The position numbers were made by a program, and so were the translations under genes. Below are positions 59,341 through 64,000 of a stretch of DNA of 64,000 nt, piece after piece. The stretch covers positions 37,758,001 to 37,822,000 of the forward strand of contig NC_087438.1 of assembly GCF_036321535.1 (NCBI RefSeq), written 5' to 3'. Source of the DNA: Camelus dromedarius (lineage: Eukaryota). The notes under the pieces are model-generated. The model was given only the letters and a program-made list of their open reading frames with translations. It was not told the DNA's origin and did no database searches. Position 1 is the first letter of the stretch. Each line of letters begins with the position of its first letter.

Positions 59341-62300
59341 CAAGGGTAAAATATGGTAAATTTTTTTTGTTAAATTTACTCCTTCCCAGTTAAGAGTTAA
59401 ACTCAGAACTATAGAATATTCATGTGAAAAGTAACCTTAAGAAACACATGTTCAAACAAACTCATACTTGAGGGCTCCTCTATTTTTTCCCATTTCTGTT
59501 ATCTTTAGTAAATGTATCTCTGTGTCTTTATTTTTATTTCTAGTATCTTGAAAAATAGTCTAAACTAATAACTTTTTTTTTCTGAGAAATGATTACCCAG
59601 ATAGGGAATGGACCACTTTCTAATCTCTAATCTGAAATGTCTAGCTGCTTATCTATGGTGCTACATTTGAATTACTATAATCTCACAATTAGTACCCAAT
59701 TAAATTATGGACTATTTTACCCTCTAATCAAAAACCTTATATCTTTACACTCCTGGGAACTATACATGTTGCTAACAGCTTAATATGATGACTCCATTGT
59801 GAGAACACAAACCAGATGGTTCGAAAAGTTGCCAATAACCCAGTTTTGTCAATTACAAAGGGTAACAAGTGAAGGGTTAAAGTGAATGTGCACAAATGAG
59901 AAAGACATTTTTACAGAATATTGTGGGGTTTAAGCATAACAAATGTAAAAGCTTCTCAATTTTATTTTTTCCAGGCATCGTAGCATTGAAACCTCATGTT
60001 ATGAATAGTATTTTCTTGAATTAAGTCCTAAAATTTACAGCCACAAAAGAGCCAGAATCTCAGTGCTTTTCTTTCAAATCTCTCACTTGCTGTATGTAGT
60101 ACTGTAGGCAGATTAACTTGGGGCATGCTTTAGCTCTAACAGAAAATATATGTGTATCTAATAACCATTCAGCTTCATGTGGATTTTATTGAAGGGTTCT
60201 GGGCCAAGCCTTTGTTTTACACAGTTGCACATGGGATAAGCTCAAATCAGTGTCATATTAACCAAATCCAAGGTTTAAAAATTTTAACCATGAAGAATGT
60301 AAATTGTTAAAGGTGTGTGTAAAATACAAAACCTTTGTTTTAGATTTAAAACCTAACAGGTTGTTCCTGACACCAACAACCTACTTTTGCTTTCTAGTAC
60401 CTTCCGTCATCCTTCTTAGCTCTGGTCCAGAGATTCTCCTGGTGAGGCAGTAACATAGTGTCCCAGACTCACTGAAAAAGAAACTGGTTTTTTTTAATGT
60501 CGACCATTCTTTTATTTTTAATGCAGATTTAAAAAGCAAACATTTTTAGCATTAACACTCCTGGAAAGAGCAATAAGAGTTAAAGGACTCAAAGGAAGCA
60601 GCTGTAATGATTGAAGCTTTTTCTCTTCTACCAAGAACCCTATGCTGAATCTCAAGGAGGAAACCTAGAATAGGACAACAAAGCTGAATGGATAATAGAC
60701 AACAACTGACAGAAGTTTATCCTTTATAAATAGGTCAAGGCAAAACAAATATATCCATTCTACTAGAGTTTATCACCACCTACACCCTGATATGAATAAA
60801 TGTGCATAAACATACATACATATACATATACTTAAAACAAAAGAAGAATGCTACTTGAAGGCGAGAAAGAGGAGACTCAGTAATAGCCACAGTGTTGGCC
60901 CAGAGGAGAAGCGGTGAGGCGGTTTACAGAAGAGTGAGGGTGGAGCCTCTGTATTTCTGGCCTCAGGTCTCCAATGGAGGGGCTTTCACTAGAATAACCC
61001 CCACACCTGGGTTCCTTCACCAAATCCTTACTCATTCCTTCCTGGAGGAGAAGGGGTGATGTATCTGATTCATCATCACGCTTGAGCGTCATTGATCTTT
61101 AACACTGATGTGAAAATTAATCTGGTGAGTAAAAAGATCAGAGTAAAAAGAGAAAACATCTAATTAGATCCAACCTACAAGGCATCTGGTGTTGCCTGAG
61201 AAAGAAACAGATGTCAGTGGTGACATATTCCAACCTTATTGCACAAATTCAGCAAGAGAGCACCCACAATCCACACACTACTGTGATTGCCACACCTACA
61301 TCATGCTGGGAGTCAGGAAATCTGAAGGAGTTGGGGCTGAGAAATTAACTGGAAAACTGAGAATTGCTAGGGTTTCTAATGTTTTCCTATGAAATTCCCA
61401 TACATGTAGGTAAGTGTCTCAAAGGGAAGGTGAATGTGTTTGGTGACTATGATTGACATTGCTGCCCATAGGATAGGGTAAAAGGCAAAGTGAATTCAAT
61501 ATCAAGAAGTTGAATGACAGGGCAATGAGTCAATCAAATATCTATACATTTTTATTGTTCTTACTAGCTATATGAACTTACATGTACATATGAATGTATA
61601 AATATCTAGAATATGTATCAACATATGCATTTTCATATTTATAACATATATATAAAGTAAGTATATACCAATTATAGTTATTTTTATATATGTAATAAAT
61701 ACAGCATATATAGGAAAATATGGGAAATTTCAAATATGTACAAAAGTGGAAACAATGGTACAATGTATTCCTCACTTACTCATAACCCAACTCAGCAGTT
61801 ATCTACTAATAGTCAATTTATTTCTTTTACACCCCCCCACTGATTTCCCTTTCCACCATCCTGACTATTTTGAAATAAATCCCAGACATGATATTATTTC
61901 ATCTGTAAATATTTCAGTGTTTGTCTCTAAAAGGAAAAAAAAAATCCCATTTTAAATGTAACCACAATACTATCATCACACTGTGTTTTTACTTAACCTT
62001 GATCTTATTTTTTATTACCTTTCTCCCAGACCAAAATTCTGGTTTTCAATAACACCATCACAATCACTCAATTTACTTATTTATTATATATTTGACACAC
62101 CTAACAGGCTTAATACTACCACCAACAGTATGATTTCTGAGAAATGGTTTAAGGTTTTTTTTCCGACACTTCTCTTTATACTGAGAGATATGCTTTCATA
62201 ATACTGTGTTTTATTTGGAGTGGTTCCTATGTCACTTCCACTAACTGGAGAGACAGATTCATTTATTTCACTTTGCTTTTGGTGTCTAGGGTTTGCTTTT

Positions 62301-62445
62301 TAAATTTAAATTTTGTTTTGTAATTATGTAAAATATTTACATTGTTCTGAAATCAACCCCACAAAACAACTGATATCCATGTAAGTTTAACTTTTATTTC
62401 TGTCTCTTCCATATTATTCTCTTCCTATTTAGGTAACTCCTTGTT

Positions 62446-62480
62446 ATGATGATGATGATGATGACGATGACGATGATGAT
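62446..62480. repeat. (GAT)n microsatellite with two GAC interruptions
   Basis: Read directly from sequence. Confidence 0.9.
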
Positions 62481-62683
62481 TTTATAATTTAAATAAATCC
62501 ATAAGCATATCCTGGCATAGTTAAATAGTAGCACACAATCCACACTTTTCCTCACTTAGCTTTTCTTTTCTTAACAACATATTCTATTGAATATTCCATT
62601 GTAGCTATATTAATCATTCCTATGATGGATGCATAGATTTCCATTGTGCTCATGTACCATAGTTTATTCAGTGTATCCATTAC

Positions 62684-63150
62684 CATTATGAGTTAAATTG
62701 TGTCCTCACACACACACAAAAGATGTTCAAGTCCTAATCCTTGGTACCTGTGAATGTGACCTTATTTAGCAATAGGATCTTTGCAGATGTAGTCAAGTTA
62801 AGATGAGGATGAGGTCATACTCATACATTATTTGGAGTCTAATCCAATATGACTGGTGTTCTTACAAGAAGAGGCGAGAGACACACAGGGAGAAGATAGC
62901 CATGTGACAAAGGAGGCAGAGATTGGATTCATTTATCTCTAAGCCAAGGAATGCCAAGGATTGCTGTCAAAGACCAGAAGCTAAAAGAGGCAAGGGAGGA
63001 TTCCTCCCCACAGGTTTCAGAGGGGGGATGGCCCTGCCAACACCTTGATTTCCGATTTCTAGCCTTTAGAACTGTGACACAGTAAGTCTCTGTTGTTTTA
63101 AACGATCCATTTTGTGGGAATTTGTTGGGGCAACCTAGGAAACTAATACA
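62684..63150 (+). mobile_element. MLT1B/C solo LTR nested in L1M
   Basis: TTATGAGTTAAATTGTGTCC...GTGAATGTGACCTTATTTAGCAATAGG...CCAACACCTTGATTT...AGGAAACTAATACA. Confidence 0.92.
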
Positions 63151-64000
63151 CTTGCTGATAGCCATTTGGGTAGTTTCTAGTCTTTTGCTATTGCAAACAA
63201 GGCTGCCACGAAAAGTTTTGTAAACAGGCCCTTTAGTTTTTTTGCCATAGTACTTTGGAAGGAATCTTAGGGATGAGATTGACGGTCAGAGGGTAAATGC
63301 GTATGTAGTTTTAGAGGACAGTCTCAAATTTCCTTCCTTAGGGGTTTTATCATTTTACATTGCCACCAACAATCCTCAAAAGTGCCTGTTTGCCCACACT
63401 TAAAATTTTGCCAGTCTGGTAGGTGAAAATGTTTTCTCAACGTAGTTTTAATCTTAATTCTCTTTTTTTGGTAAGATTGACTGTATTTTCATATGGTTAA
63501 TAGCTTTTTGTATTCTTCTTGTTGTTGTTGTTCATTTATCTGGCCCACTTTTCTGTGGGGATATTTCCTTTCCCATGTATAGAAGTTATTTTTATATTAG
63601 GGCTATTAATCATTTGAGTCCTATTGCAAATGTTTTTCTGAGTTTATTTATCTTTTTATTTGCTTTAAGGGGTTAATTATTTATTTTTTGCTATCCTTAA
63701 AGCATTTTAAAGCTCTCTATTTCTTAAATTGAACAGTTTTGATCTATAATCAGTCCATGAAGAATGTAGATACTGTTCTTAAGGATAAAAGCTAATATAG
63801 AGGACTTTTTAGATAGTTCAATATTTTTAATCTTATTGTAAATGATTGGTTCCATGCTTAAAGCTGATTTTGAGGAAGCCTGACACAATTTTAAATTGCA
63901 TGGCCCATAACACTCAGGTTAGGTAAGTAAAGGGAACTTTGCTTGAATTAAAACTTTCTCATCAGTGTTTGATGTACGGATAGAAAGTATCAGCTTATGT

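Larger units (their letters stand above)
61600..63740 (-). mobile_element. Old L1M (L1MB/MC-like) 3' region interrupted by an LTR
   Basis: TATTTTGAAATAAATCCCAGACATGATATTATTTCATCTGTAAATATTTCAGTG; resumes after the LTR with GCCATTTGGGTAGTTTCTAGTCTTTTGCTATTGCAAAC. Confidence 0.8.

Noticed and set aside
2700-61540. About ten scattered AP-1 (TGASTCA) sites
   Set aside because: Count is near what a 7-mer gives by chance in 64 kb, with no clustering
1-64000. ORF-track entries as protein-coding genes
   Set aside because: All are 60-190 aa, many start at non-ATG codons, many lie in TEs or span N gaps, and none resembles a protein I know except decayed L1 ORF2; this is what chance gives in six frames of mammalian DNA
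1-64000. CRISPR array, operon or other prokaryote-style system; tRNA, rRNA or snRNA genes
   Set aside because: The sequence is mammalian; I saw no regularly spaced repeat-spacer array and no recognisable structured-RNA gene

Overview
Ordinary, repeat-rich mammalian genomic DNA, either intergenic or deep intronic. I recognise no protein-coding exon, RNA gene, CpG island or CRISPR array. The youngest repeats are short 5'-truncated L1 3' ends with target-site duplications (TSDs) that resemble camelid L1 from recall. I saw no Alu, Bov-tA/CHR, PRE-1, ERE or Can-SINE, so a camelid genome (camel, alpaca or llama) is my inference. Much of the window is old TEs: MIR, L2, L3/CR1, L1M, MLT1/MER21/LTR16 LTRs, and MER5A/MER63/MER103/Tigger-type DNA elements. 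L1s lean minus and LTRs lean plus, which gives no consistent host-gene antisense bias and mildly favours intergenic. Best observations: (1) a 5'-truncated HMGN2-like processed pseudogene, 3'UTR only; (2) an L1 with a twin-priming 5' inversion; (3) two fold-back hairpins inside an old L1; (4) a 52-bp dispersed near-perfect duplication; (5) an L1 with a 29-bp TSD; (6) a repeat-free, ORF-dense block at 26.5-27.8 kb with splice-like signals that I cannot assign. I find no evidence for a novel multi-gene system. Repeat family names come from recall of consensus sequences, not a database search, and boundaries of old elements are approximate.
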